Positions 1 through 9,267 of a stretch of 15,219 bases of DNA are shown here, piece by piece (within the stretch, counting starts at the first letter, position 1; each line of letters starts with the position of its first letter). The DNA is taken from positions 1 to 15,219 of the forward strand of contig JBHGBF010000129.1 in NCBI GenBank assembly GCA_041946865.1. Direction: 5' to 3'. The notes under the pieces were generated by a model that was not told the origin of the DNA, searched no databases, and saw only the letters and a list, made by a program, of their open reading frames with translations. The position numbers were made by a program, and so were the translations under genes. The stretch is from Acidobacteriota bacterium. Lineage in GTDB: Bacteria > Acidobacteriota > UBA6911 > RPQK01.

Positions 1-147
1 CTTTCACCCCCAAGATTCGCAGCCTCGTCGGCTGCACCCCTGAAGGCGGAACTACAAACGGACGGCGGTCGTCCAACGACCTTCTTCAACACGGAGCGGG
101 GCTGCCTCCGCAGGCGGGTGGCGCTCCGCGCGCTGTGGTCACCGTGA
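1..147 (+). CDS. Possible 3' end of an upstream gene: frame 1 is open from the window edge to a TGA at 145-147, 17 nt before the addB-like start. Product unknown.
   Basis: Open frame of 48 codons running off the 5' edge, ending just upstream of the next gene on the same strand. No motif is recognisable and GC-rich DNA gives many chance open frames. Confidence 0.15.
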   Translation, partial: LSPPRFAASSAAPLKAELQTDGGRPTTFFNTERGCLRRRVALRALWSP

Positions 148-164
148 TGTGTTAGAGTGACAGC

Positions 165-3100
165 GTGTTTCCCCACCTGATCTTGGCCCCGTCCTACCGG
201 CTACTGCTCGACCGGCTGCTGGCCGAAGTGCGAAAGACGGCTGACGGCTCGCGACTGACCACCCAGTGGATCGTGACGCCGGCGTCCACCCTTGCTGCCG
301 AACTGCGGATACGGTTTGCGAGCGAGTCTGAGGCGGGCGTTCTGGCCGGCGTGCGCATCACGCCGGTCTTGCCTTTCATCGATCGGCTCTCGCAACTTGA
401 CAACGCTCCCCTCGGCCCCCGCTGGAGTCCGTTGTTCGACATTCTCCTTTACCGGCTGCTTCAACAGGAACGAGGTCTGGAACTTGACTCTCTCCGGGAG
501 ATCCGAGGCGGGCAGTCGCTGCTGCGCCCTGTTTTCCTCGATCTTGCCGACGCCGGGTTCGGACTGGCCGAGGAAGCACTCTTGCAGGACGTGATGACTT
601 CCAAGGAGACGGATCGCATCAGCCACGGCGTCCTGCGGCTGTATCTCGACTGGCTTCATTTGCTGGACCACGCTCAGCTTGCCTGGGCACCACTCCAGTA
701 CCAGGAACTGAGCGAACGGATAGCTGACGCGCCCGAGCGGGAACTGACCGGCCTTCTCGGAGGATCGGACGGACGGGGAGTCCAGGTCCATGTTTACGGC
801 TTCTACGACTTCACGGACGTGGTCGAGCAGGTGCTGGCCGGTCTGGCCCGGAGGGTAGAGACGATTCTCTACCTTCCCTCTTGGAGCAGAGCCGACAAGC
901 CTCACCACGCCTTCGACTTCGTGGCCCCGGTTCTGACTTCGTTGCGTCTCCGGCTCGGAACTCTACTCACCAGCACGACCACAGTGGACCCGGGAGAAGG
1001 GGAGACAATGAAATTCTTCCTTTCGACTTTCCCGGAAGGCCCCATTCCGTCTCGGCCGGCCTTTCTCACGTACCAGCGCGCCTCCGGCCTGCGCGCGGAA
1101 GTCATCTCGGCGGCGGTTCAAGTGCGCCGATGGCTCGATGACCCCGGCTGCGGGATTGCCCCACGGGACATTCATGTTGTCGTCCCGCAAGCCGGGATGT
1201 ATGCCGACCTTGTCCGAGAAGTCTTTCAGGCCTTTTTCATACCGCTCCGGATGGCGGAAGCTCCCGACGAGCTGGCGCCGGTTGAGCGGGCCTTGCGAAC
1301 TATCATCAGGATCTGGGAAGAACAAGCGCCCACTGAAACCCTGCTCAGTCTCTTCAGAGAATTCCCGGACATTGCCTGCCTGAAAGGCATCGACCTGGAT
1401 GCGTTCGAGACGAAGCTCCGAAAAGCGGGATTCGACGGGCGGAACTGGCCGGCTGCGCTCAAGAATGCCGACCAGATCGGTTTCAACCCCACAGAGAGAA
1501 CCCTGATCCAGGAGATCGTTGACCTGTGGACCCGCACCCCGAGCGAAAGCGGTCAGCCGGCTTTCACGGCCGGCGAGATGCTGTCGCGACTGAAGAGGAT
1601 CGGACAACGCTGGCTGCCCGATTCGTCGCCACTCCAGGAGGTGGCGGAGACGCTCGAGCTTCTCCCCGAAGATCTTGGACTTCCGCTCCAGATACTGCTC
1701 GATCTGCTCGAGAACCGGGCGGGCCAGCAGGCCGTCGATGACCCGCCTGAGAAGACTGGTGTCCTCTTTGTCCCGCTGATGCGGGCTCGCGGACTGGCGC
1801 CCCGGGCATTGGTTCTGCTTGGCCTGGCGTCAGGCCGTCTGCCTTATCCGGTTCAGGAAGACCCATTGCTCGGCGAGGCGCTGCGGCTGAGGCTCGGCCA
1901 GGCCTTGCGCGGTCTGGGCCACAGGCTGAGCCCCAAGACGACTCTTCCCGAGGAAATGGCCTTGCTCTTCATCCTTATTAATGGGAGCAGCGAACGCATT
2001 CACTGGGTGATTCCCGACGCCGATGAGAATGGAAGGGGGCTCGCGCCGACTCCCTGGGTGCAACGCTATCTCCAGCACTGGGAGAAAAAGGATGCCGGCG
2101 GGTCTGCTTACCCGGCCCTGCCCCGCGGGCCCGCTGAACAAGCGCGGCTTCTGCTCTCCCAGGATCCCTGTCGCGGCGGCTTTCTGCCCCCCGTGTGGTC
2201 GCCTCATCTCCAGAAGGATTCAGGCCTCGGATCCCCGTCCGGAGATCACGAGTACATCTTGCAGGCAATCTCAGAAAAGGAACATGAGGCCCGATGGAAC
2301 GGATTCGTGGCCGACGCGGCTCTGGCGCCCTCGGGCGCCTCTCCCGCCACCATACGAGTCACCGAGCTCGAGAAGCTCTCCAAGTGCCCCTTCCAGGGGT
2401 ACAACCGGCTGATTACGGGCTGGGAAATGCTGACGCCGCTGGATTTCTCGCAAGAGTTGAGATCAACCGAATGGGGGAGTCTGCTGCACGGGCTGTTTGA
2501 GACCACCATCCGTAGTTACCAACAGGCCGGCGCCTCGTTACGCGCCATAGCCGAGGATCTTCTGCGGGACGAGAGCCGCTCGCTGCTCCAGCGAATTGAA
2601 GACCTGTCCGCCGAGGCCTCGCTTCAGCTGGCGCTGCTCCCGTCTCTCTTCCGCAAGGCAGCCAAAAGCAAGTTGCTCCAGGTAGCCCAGGAATACTGGG
2701 AAGCGGTCCGGTCAGGCACGATCCCCGACGGAATCAATGCCTCCACCGAAAACCGGCGCAGCGCGAACTTTCCCGGTCTCCCGGGTGTCTTTTTGTCCGG
2801 GCAGATCGATCGAATGGATGACCGGGGCACCCACCGGATGATTATCGATTACAAGAGCGGACGGGAACCGGAAAATCTGTCGCACGAGATAAGGATTGGA
2901 TTCCGGCTGCAACCTCTCCTGTACCCTTGGCTGCAACAGGCTGCGGAAGACAGTCAGGAAACCGCCATCCGATTCTCCTACGTCTTTTTCGGGAAGTCCC
3001 CGGTCCAGGAAAAAACCGTTTCAGTGGAGGAAATGGGCCCGGTCGAGGACTGGCTGCGCCTTTTCGCCGACGTTCTCTCCAGGGGCGTCTATGTCCCGTG

Positions 3101-3266
3101 CTCCAATGAGGCGCTGGAGCTTCTGGGCATCGAAAAAGCCGAACCGTGTCAATTCTGCGACTACGCCTCACTCTGTCGCAGATTCGAGCGCCGGGCGCCG
3201 GCCCGCATGGCGCGCTTTTTGCAGCGGCTGCTGCCCGAGAGGCTGGCTAAATTCGAGCAGGGATGA
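165..3266 (+). CDS. addB: AddB-like helicase-nuclease subunit: RecB-family PD-(D/E)XK nuclease with an iron-sulfur cysteine staple, helicase-inactive type
   Basis: 1033-aa ORF with a GTG start at 165. Near the C-terminus, GQIDRMDD...IIDYKSG (about 2799-2861) matches RecB-family nuclease motifs II and III. One upstream Cys (CPFQGY, codon 2385-2387) plus C-x2-C-x5-C (CQFCDYASLC, codons 3147-3176) matches the AddB 4Fe-4S Cys arrangement. There is no intact Walker A, as in AddB-type subunits. It lies directly upstream of an AddA/RecB-like helicase-nuclease. Confidence 0.8.
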   Translation: MFPHLILAPSYRLLLDRLLAEVRKTADGSRLTTQWIVTPASTLAAELRIRFASESEAGVLAGVRITPVLPFIDRLSQLDNAPLGPRWSPLFDILLYRLLQQERGLELDSLREIRGGQSLLRPVFLDLADAGFGLAEEALLQDVMTSKETDRISHGVLRLYLDWLHLLDHAQLAWAPLQYQELSERIADAPERELTGLLGGSDGRGVQVHVYGFYDFTDVVEQVLAGLARRVETILYLPSWSRADKPHHAFDFVAPVLTSLRLRLGTLLTSTTTVDPGEGETMKFFLSTFPEGPIPSRPAFLTYQRASGLRAEVISAAVQVRRWLDDPGCGIAPRDIHVVVPQAGMYADLVREVFQAFFIPLRMAEAPDELAPVERALRTIIRIWEEQAPTETLLSLFREFPDIACLKGIDLDAFETKLRKAGFDGRNWPAALKNADQIGFNPTERTLIQEIVDLWTRTPSESGQPAFTAGEMLSRLKRIGQRWLPDSSPLQEVAETLELLPEDLGLPLQILLDLLENRAGQQAVDDPPEKTGVLFVPLMRARGLAPRALVLLGLASGRLPYPVQEDPLLGEALRLRLGQALRGLGHRLSPKTTLPEEMALLFILINGSSERIHWVIPDADENGRGLAPTPWVQRYLQHWEKKDAGGSAYPALPRGPAEQARLLLSQDPCRGGFLPPVWSPHLQKDSGLGSPSGDHEYILQAISEKEHEARWNGFVADAALAPSGASPATIRVTELEKLSKCPFQGYNRLITGWEMLTPLDFSQELRSTEWGSLLHGLFETTIRSYQQAGASLRAIAEDLLRDESRSLLQRIEDLSAEASLQLALLPSLFRKAAKSKLLQVAQEYWEAVRSGTIPDGINASTENRRSANFPGLPGVFLSGQIDRMDDRGTHRMIIDYKSGREPENLSHEIRIGFRLQPLLYPWLQQAAEDSQETAIRFSYVFFGKSPVQEKTVSVEEMGPVEDWLRLFADVLSRGVYVPCSNEALELLGIEKAEPCQFCDYASLCRRFERRAPARMARFLQRLLPERLAKFEQG

Positions 3267-3315
3267 AAACAGGGACGGTGCTGTGGCAGCAGGGCCACAG
3301 GAAGGCTTTGCATCA

Positions 3316-6300
3316 ATGAACGCAACAATTCTCCCCGATGCCGACCAGCGCAGAACAGCAGTTATCACGCCGGATCATGCCTTCGTGTGGGCGAGCGCCG
3401 GTACCGGGAAGACACATACCCTGACACTCCGTGCCCTTTATCTGCTTCTAAGCGCTCCCTTCCTGGCTGCAAGCGCATCGCAGTTCCCCGAGGTTGGCCA
3501 TCTCTACAGCCTCTCCGACCGGCGCCTGAGGCTGAGAGCCGCTCGAACGGCTATCCGCTCCCTCGTGCTGACGACCTTCACCCGGAAAGCCGCCGCGGAA
3601 ATGCAGACGCGCCTCTACGCCTATCTCGATCTGCTGGCTTCTTCGCCCTCGCGTCCCGACCTGGCGGCTGCCGTCTCCGCTGACGGCAGATCCCTTGATC
3701 CTCTGTTTGAAGAAATCTGTGACGAGCTGTGCCGAAAGCTGGGGCGGGGCGCGGATCCCGAGCTGGGCTTCGAGCGATTGCGACTGGGTGCCCAGGCCTT
3801 GGCCGAACTGGCCTGTGACCTTCAAATTTCGACGATTCACAGCCTGGCCGCCGGCATCCTCCAGCGGCACCCGCTCCAGTCGGGGATTCCTGCAACGGCG
3901 CGGTTTGCCGAGGAAAACGAGGACGATTACGGAGACCTGGATGATGCGCTGATCCGCCGCTGGTGGCAGACCGAAGGCTTGTCTGACCCGGACCTCGAGC
4001 AGGGCCTTGAAAAACTCCTGGCGCGCGTCTCTCCCTATCACATAAGGGAATGGTTCAAGAAGATTTATCACAACCCTGAAATCATTGACCAGCTCGAAGG
4101 CTGGGCTTCTCCGGATCCGGTCCAGACGAGCCTGGCGCTGGCGGCCTGTATTGTGCTCGGAGAGGACCTGAGGCGAAACAACGGCAAGAAGATTGCGGCC
4201 AACGGGCAGCGGTTGGTCGAGCTGGCCTCCGCGCTCCAGGCTTTGGAAAACGAGGGACATCCCACTCGCGTCCGCTGGTCAGAGCTGTGTAATTTCCTCC
4301 ATGAGAACCGCTCGACGCTCTTCCTCGATTCGTCATATAGCCAGAAGGCAGTCAAGTCGGCCATTCAGCGACTCGACCCGCACCTGGCGGTCTATTTCGA
4401 GAGCCTGGGCAGGATCTACCCTCTCATACTCCGTAAGTGCGTTCTCGAGGAGTTGGGGCTGGAGTGGGGCATCTGGAAAACGGTCCTCAGGCGGTTCCTG
4501 GCCTGGAGCAAGGCCAAGGGGGTGAGCGCTATAGGCGTCGTCGGCTTTGACGAAATGATCCGTCTGGCAGCTGATCTCCTCGACGCTTATCCCGAGGTCA
4601 AGCGTGCGGAACGGCGTCGCCTCAGGGCCCTCCTCGTCGACGAGTTCCAGGATACGGACCCCGAACAGCTGCGCCTGATCACCGGACTGCTGGCCAAGGA
4701 GCGCCCGGACGACCCTGAGATTCTCGGATTCTTTGTAGGAGACACCAAACAGAGCATTTATCGTTTTCGGGGAGCAGACGTTGATTCAACAGTCTGTTTC
4801 TCGACCAGCTACGCTTCGCTGACGAAATGTTCGCTTCCGGTGCGGAATCTTGTCCTGGCCTCGACCTTTCGGAGTCTCCCCGCCATCACAACACTGGTCA
4901 ACCGGCTGTTTTCCCGCGAGTTGCCTCTTCTTCGCGATGACCAGGAAAAGCTTCTGCCGATTCGACCGGACCGGGGTGAGCCGCCCGAGTGGGTCTGGAT
5001 TGCTTCGGAGGACGCGTCTAAGCCCTTGACCGCGGCAGCGGCGAGAAACCTGGCCGCCGTCGAGACGGTGCGGCTGATCAGCGACTTCGTGAATCGGGAT
5101 GCGGGCGGTAGCGGCCAGGCTGTCGCGAATCCCGCGCCGTGTTCCAGAGAGGGCGGGCACGATCCGCGATCCCGCAAGGGGTCTTACTCCGACATTCTCG
5201 TCCTGGTCAGGAGCGGCCGGGAGCTGGACGCGCTCTTACCGGTGCTCCAAGAGGCGGGCATCCCGGTGGTGAGCTCCGGCGCACGCACACTTTACCGGCA
5301 GCCAGAGGTCTCCGATATCCTGAACCTGCTCATTAGCCTTTACAATCCGCTGGACACGTTGGCGGTCGGCGCTGTTCTTCGCAGCCCGCTCGTCCAGATT
5401 TCGGACCCGGACATTTACCGTCTCATCAAGACCATTGCGCCGTCGCGAATCTTCCATCAGGCCGATCCCCTTCCCGGCTTCTTACCGGAACCTGCCAGGC
5501 GGCGTATTGAGGCGCTGCGCCGCCTGGTTCAATCCCGGCGGTCCAGCTCGATCTCCGCCTGGCTGATGCAGATCCGGGATTTCCTCCCGCTGGCGGCGTA
5601 TACGGACGCCCTCGACCTGGAGGGGCGGTCTTATGCGCGCATCAACCGGCTATTGGAGGCGTTCCTCGCGCAGATGAAGGCAGATCCGAGCACGGCGCTC
5701 GCCTGGCTCCTGCGCCAGCGCAGCCGAGGCGCCGACGCCGGGCGGTACGATCCCGACTTTGGCGAGGACGTCGGCATTGCAGACGAACGAATCGACGCGG
5801 TTCGGGTCATGACCATTCACAAGGCCAAGGGCCTCGAGGCTCGCTACGTCATCGTCTACGGTTGGTCATCGGTCCTTCATGAGAAAGAAGCGCCGGCCGG
5901 CCAACGCGCCCAGGCGGTGATCCGGAGTCATTCGCTCGCCCGGCCGCAGGTTGAATTTTCCCTTTCCTGGGGACCCGTAGTGGTCTGTTCCGATCTATTT
6001 CAGGCGGCCGCCAAGGAGGAAGACTCCAAAGCGCGGGCCGAAGCAGTCCGGCTGGCTTATGTGGCAACAACCCGCGCCCGCGATCAGCTGACCCTCCTGT
6101 GTGCCGTCTCCCGAAACACGAAGCTGCCGGAACCCTTTCAACCGCTCTGGGAGCAACGAACCGGCGGGAGGGCCGAAGCGCCGGGTTGGGACCGGACCTT
6201 GATCATACGCACCAGCTCGGCCGGGGCGGAATATCCAAGGCACACAACCCCGGTGCTGACTCTGCCCGACAGGGACCTCTACCAGGCGCTCTGGTGCGAA

Positions 6301-6897
6301 CGATTTGAGAAGCTGGGCAAGACTACGGACTTCCCGCTGGCCCGTCCCTCCCGAATAGAGTTGAGCGAGCCTCCGTCCGCCGCTCCCGGTCAGAAATCGC
6401 TGATCAGCGATCCAGTTCTGACCGGCCAGCTGGTTCATTCGTACCTGGAGCGCTGGCTTCTCGAGGACGAGTTCGAGCGGGACAAGCTGGTTTCGCTCTG
6501 GAGGCGCCTGGAACGCGCCTCTGACAACGTGCTGCGTGACGCTCAATCGGCCCTCGGTCTCTTCTATGCCGATCGGCTGCCGGCCGCCACCCGGCCTTCC
6601 TATCGGGAACGCGTTCGAAACGCGAAAGTCATGGCGCGTGAACTCCCCTTTTTCATGACGAGCGGAGGTAAATTTTGGAACGGCGTCATCGACCTGGTCC
6701 TGGAGGAAAACGGCGAGATCCTCGGTGTAGACTATAAGACTGCCATTGAAAAGGAGCAGCTGCCGGAGTCTTATGCGCAGCAGGCGGCCGTTTACACCGA
6801 AGCCCTGCAACAGCTTTTCCCCGGAAAGCCAGTGCGTTTCGAATTCTGGTGGCTGTGGGATCCCGCGGCACAGCACGAAAAACAGCCCGCGGAATGA
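3316..6897 (+). CDS. addA: AddA/RecB-like ATP-dependent helicase-nuclease, UvrD superfamily 1A helicase with a C-terminal RecB nuclease domain
   Basis: The start is taken at the in-frame ATG at 3316 (MNATILPD...), 50 bp after the addB stop and with AGGAAGG upstream. The ORF-track start at 2896 would overlap addB. Motif I is ASAGTGKTHTL. Motif Ia is TFTRKAAAEM. Motif II is LLVDEFQDTD. Motif III is GDTKQSIYRFRGAD. Motif V/VI is VMTIHKAKGLE and YVATTRAR. The C-terminal nuclease motif is IDLVLEENGEILGVDYKT. Confidence 0.88.
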   Translation: MNATILPDADQRRTAVITPDHAFVWASAGTGKTHTLTLRALYLLLSAPFLAASASQFPEVGHLYSLSDRRLRLRAARTAIRSLVLTTFTRKAAAEMQTRLYAYLDLLASSPSRPDLAAAVSADGRSLDPLFEEICDELCRKLGRGADPELGFERLRLGAQALAELACDLQISTIHSLAAGILQRHPLQSGIPATARFAEENEDDYGDLDDALIRRWWQTEGLSDPDLEQGLEKLLARVSPYHIREWFKKIYHNPEIIDQLEGWASPDPVQTSLALAACIVLGEDLRRNNGKKIAANGQRLVELASALQALENEGHPTRVRWSELCNFLHENRSTLFLDSSYSQKAVKSAIQRLDPHLAVYFESLGRIYPLILRKCVLEELGLEWGIWKTVLRRFLAWSKAKGVSAIGVVGFDEMIRLAADLLDAYPEVKRAERRRLRALLVDEFQDTDPEQLRLITGLLAKERPDDPEILGFFVGDTKQSIYRFRGADVDSTVCFSTSYASLTKCSLPVRNLVLASTFRSLPAITTLVNRLFSRELPLLRDDQEKLLPIRPDRGEPPEWVWIASEDASKPLTAAAARNLAAVETVRLISDFVNRDAGGSGQAVANPAPCSREGGHDPRSRKGSYSDILVLVRSGRELDALLPVLQEAGIPVVSSGARTLYRQPEVSDILNLLISLYNPLDTLAVGAVLRSPLVQISDPDIYRLIKTIAPSRIFHQADPLPGFLPEPARRRIEALRRLVQSRRSSSISAWLMQIRDFLPLAAYTDALDLEGRSYARINRLLEAFLAQMKADPSTALAWLLRQRSRGADAGRYDPDFGEDVGIADERIDAVRVMTIHKAKGLEARYVIVYGWSSVLHEKEAPAGQRAQAVIRSHSLARPQVEFSLSWGPVVVCSDLFQAAAKEEDSKARAEAVRLAYVATTRARDQLTLLCAVSRNTKLPEPFQPLWEQRTGGRAEAPGWDRTLIIRTSSAGAEYPRHTTPVLTLPDRDLYQALWCERFEKLGKTTDFPLARPSRIELSEPPSAAPGQKSLISDPVLTGQLVHSYLERWLLEDEFERDKLVSLWRRLERASDNVLRDAQSALGLFYADRLPAATRPSYRERVRNAKVMARELPFFMTSGGKFWNGVIDLVLEENGEILGVDYKTAIEKEQLPESYAQQAAVYTEALQQLFPGKPVRFEFWWLWDPAAQHEKQPAE

Positions 6898-6979
6898 GGC
6901 GCGCACAACGGGTTTTTTCGGCGTTCTTCCGCGAAAGGTTTTTGCTCGGCTTCTTCCACGGGCTATATTTATCCGGCAT

Positions 6980-8899
6980 ATGCGACCGAAAACTCTTCCC
7001 AGCCTGTTTGAAAGCAGCGTGGAACGGTACGGGGACAACTGCCTCATAGCGGAAAAAACCGACACCTACCAGGGGACCACCTATCGGCAGATACGGGACG
7101 AGGTCTACCAGTTTGCCGCCGGTCTGATCGCGCAAGGGATAGGCAAAGGCGACCGCATTGCTCTGTTGTGCGAAGGGCGCAAGGACTGGCTGGTGGCGGA
7201 GCTTGGGATTTTCTACGCCGGCGCCGTTTGCGTGCCCCTTTCCGTGAAGATCGAGGAGATCAGGGAGCTGTGCTTCCGGATTTCCCATTCAGGAAGCCGT
7301 CTTCTCATCGTGTCCGCAAGTCAGTTTTCCAAGGCTCTTGCCGTTCAGCGCTTTCTTCCCGAAGTACAGCTGCTGGCTTTGGATCCGGTCGAAGAACAGG
7401 AGGCAGTGCTCTTCCGGCGCAATCAAATCATGACGACAGGCGCCGATTACCTGAAGGACCATCGAGAAGATTTCAACCGGCGCTGGCAAAGCCTGGCGGA
7501 ATCTGATCCGGCGACGATCAGCTACACCTCCGGAACCACTGCCGACCCGAAAGGCATCACGCTTACGCATCGCAATTACACCGCAAACGTGGAACAATGC
7601 TCTCAGATCCTCGATATACCTCCCACCTATCGGTCCCTGCTGATCCTCCCCTGGGACCATTCTTTCACGCACACGGCCGGCGTGTACCTCCTGATCGGGA
7701 ACGGAGCAAGCATGGGCGCTGTCCAGGCGGGCCGCACTTATGCCGAAAGTCTGCGGAACATCCCGGTCAACATCCGCGAGTTCAAACCGACGTTCCTGTT
7801 CAGCGTCCCGGCATTGGCGCGTAACTTCAGAAAGAACATAGAAAACGGGATCAGGCAAAAAGGAAAGGTTACGAAGTTCCTGTTCAGAATCGGATTGCGC
7901 GTGGCCTATGCTTACAATCTCGACGGCTGCAACCGGGGAAAAGGCCTGCGAGCGATCCTCAGACCCCTCGTGGGAGTTTTTGACTTGCTGGTTTTCAGGA
8001 AGGTCAGGCAGGCCTTTGGCGGGGAGCTGAAGTTTTTCATCGGCGGGGGAGCGCTTCTCGACCTTGAGCTGCAGAGTTTCTTTTACGCCCTCGGAATCCC
8101 CATGCTGCAGGGTTATGGATTGACCGAGGCGGCGCCCGTGATTTCCGCCAACGTCCCGGCCCGGCACAAGCTGGGATCTTCAGGGCGGCCGGTGCCCGAC
8201 CTCGAGGTCACTATCCGTGACGACCAGGACGAGATCCTGACCCGAGGGCGCGTCGGAGAGATCGTGGTCCGAGGTGAGAACGTCATGGCCGGGTATTGGG
8301 ACAACCCGCGCGCCACCCGGGAAGCGCTGCGCGGCGGCTGGCTTCATACGGGAGATCTCGGCTTTCTCGACAAGGACGGTTTCCTCCATGTCCTCGGACG
8401 AAAGAAGAGCCTGCTGATCAGCAGCGACGGCGAGAAGTTCAGCCCCGAAGGCATCGAAGAGGCTCTCACCTCGGGCTCACCCTTCATCGACCAGGTCATG
8501 CTTTACAACAACCAGTCTCCCTATACGGTCGCACTTATCGTGCCCGCTCGCGTGGCTCTGCGGGATTGGGCCAAACAGCATGGCGTGTCCGCCCAGAGCA
8601 CCGAAGGACAAGCGAAGATCCTGGCGCTGTTGAAAGAACAAGTTGATGAATACAAAGAGGGTGGCAGGCATGAAGGACTCTTCCCCGCACAATGGCTGCC
8701 CGTGACCTTCGCCATATTGGAGGAAAGCTTCTCCGAGGAAAACCAACTGCTCAACGCCACGCTCAAGATGGTGCGCAGTCGAATCACGCACCGCTACCGG
8801 GAGTCGCTTGAGTACATGTTCACTAAAGAAGGCAAGAAGATCGACAACCCGAAGAACCGTGACGCCGTCGGGAGGCTGCTAAGCCAGGCCACTGGCTGA
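6980..8899 (+). CDS. Long-chain fatty acid--CoA ligase (AMP-forming acyl-CoA synthetase, adenylate-forming superfamily)
   Basis: The AMP-binding signature is ISYTSGTTADPKGITLTHRN. Further motifs are GYGLTEAAP, GEIVVRGENVMAGYW and GWLHTGDLG, with the hinge KKSLLISSDGEKFSPEGIE. The start is placed at ATG 6980 (MRPKTLPSLFESSVERYG...) rather than the ORF-track start 6746, which would overlap addA. Length is 640 aa. Confidence 0.85.
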   Translation: MRPKTLPSLFESSVERYGDNCLIAEKTDTYQGTTYRQIRDEVYQFAAGLIAQGIGKGDRIALLCEGRKDWLVAELGIFYAGAVCVPLSVKIEEIRELCFRISHSGSRLLIVSASQFSKALAVQRFLPEVQLLALDPVEEQEAVLFRRNQIMTTGADYLKDHREDFNRRWQSLAESDPATISYTSGTTADPKGITLTHRNYTANVEQCSQILDIPPTYRSLLILPWDHSFTHTAGVYLLIGNGASMGAVQAGRTYAESLRNIPVNIREFKPTFLFSVPALARNFRKNIENGIRQKGKVTKFLFRIGLRVAYAYNLDGCNRGKGLRAILRPLVGVFDLLVFRKVRQAFGGELKFFIGGGALLDLELQSFFYALGIPMLQGYGLTEAAPVISANVPARHKLGSSGRPVPDLEVTIRDDQDEILTRGRVGEIVVRGENVMAGYWDNPRATREALRGGWLHTGDLGFLDKDGFLHVLGRKKSLLISSDGEKFSPEGIEEALTSGSPFIDQVMLYNNQSPYTVALIVPARVALRDWAKQHGVSAQSTEGQAKILALLKEQVDEYKEGGRHEGLFPAQWLPVTFAILEESFSEENQLLNATLKMVRSRITHRYRESLEYMFTKEGKKIDNPKNRDAVGRLLSQATG

Positions 8900-8978
8900 A
8901 GAGCCGGGAGCGCAGCGTCTTTGGCGGAACGACCGGGCTCGTAGCGGTTCATCACCGGCGTGTTCACCCCCGGTCGAC

Positions 8979-9197
8979 TCAGACGTTAGCCCGCTCTATC
9001 TTGAAGCCGATTTCGAGAGTGACCTGAAACTCCACCTGGCCGCCCTCAAGGACGGCACCGCGCTGTTCCATCACCTCAAACCACGCCAGACCGTGCAAGG
9101 TCTTTCCGGCCTCTTCTATCGCGTTCCTGATCGCCTGCTCGTAACTCTCTCTGGACACCCCCACAAGCCGAATCTTCTTGTAGACCCTCTCCGACAT
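8979..9197 (-). CDS. Dodecin-family flavin-binding protein (72 aa)
   Basis: MSERVYKKIRLVGVSRESYEQAIRNAIEEAGKTLHGLAWFEVMEQRGAVLEGGQVEFQVTLEIGFKIE matches the dodecin pattern (YK.IELVG.S......A......A..T...L.WFEV.E.RG....G.V..FQV...VGF). A canonical AAGGAGG sits 6 nt upstream of the ATG (plus-strand CCTCCTT at 9204-9210). Confidence 0.8.
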   Translation of the reverse strand: MSERVYKKIRLVGVSRESYEQAIRNAIEEAGKTLHGLAWFEVMEQRGAVLEGGQVEFQVTLEIGFKIERANV

Positions 9198-9218
9198 GAT
9201 GATCCTCCTTAGGAAGTC

Positions 9219-9245
9219 CTATCTATCATACATGACAGAAGATAG
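9219..9245. promoter_or_regulatory. Inverted repeat CTATCT-N15-AGATAG with an internal near-palindrome TCATACATGA, in the 70-bp gap between the cytochrome c stop and the dodecin SD
   Basis: The arms are seen directly. The position just upstream of the dodecin ribosome-binding site suggests an operator, or a processing or attenuation hairpin. Confidence 0.2.
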
Positions 9246-9267
9246 CGAACGTAATCGAGGACGGTCG

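Noticed and set aside
201-908. Long antisense ORFs opposite annotated genes: 201-908(-), 963-1607(-), 3448-4260(-), 5995-7065(-), 7289-8167(-), 10338-11039(+), 11046-12011(+), 12802-13737(+) and 14440-15201(+)
   Set aside because: Each lies entirely within a gene that has clear family motifs on the other strand. Their products are low-complexity, Arg/Pro/Gly-rich, with no motifs. They are typical shadow ORFs of high-GC DNA. The 12802-13737 ORF is the antisense of the Ala/Glu coiled coil of flotillin.
2896-3315. ORF-track N-terminal extension of the addA-like gene, which would overlap addB by about 370 bp
   Set aside because: Helicase motif I begins immediately after the ATG at 3316, which follows the addB stop by 50 bp and has an upstream AGGAAGG. 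The extension is out of frame with addB and has no helicase features.
6746-6979. ORF-track N-terminal extension of the acyl-CoA synthetase, overlapping the addA C-terminus
   Set aside because: It is Arg/Ser/Cys-rich junk with no AMP-binding family N-terminal features. The ATG at 6980 gives a conventional N-terminus and avoids overlap.
8900-8978. Convergent junction between the acyl-CoA synthetase (+) and dodecin (-), considered as a bidirectional terminator
   Set aside because: The only candidate stem (GAGCCGGG / CCGGGCTC) has a mismatch and a 25-nt loop. There are no flanking T or A tracts. It is not convincing.
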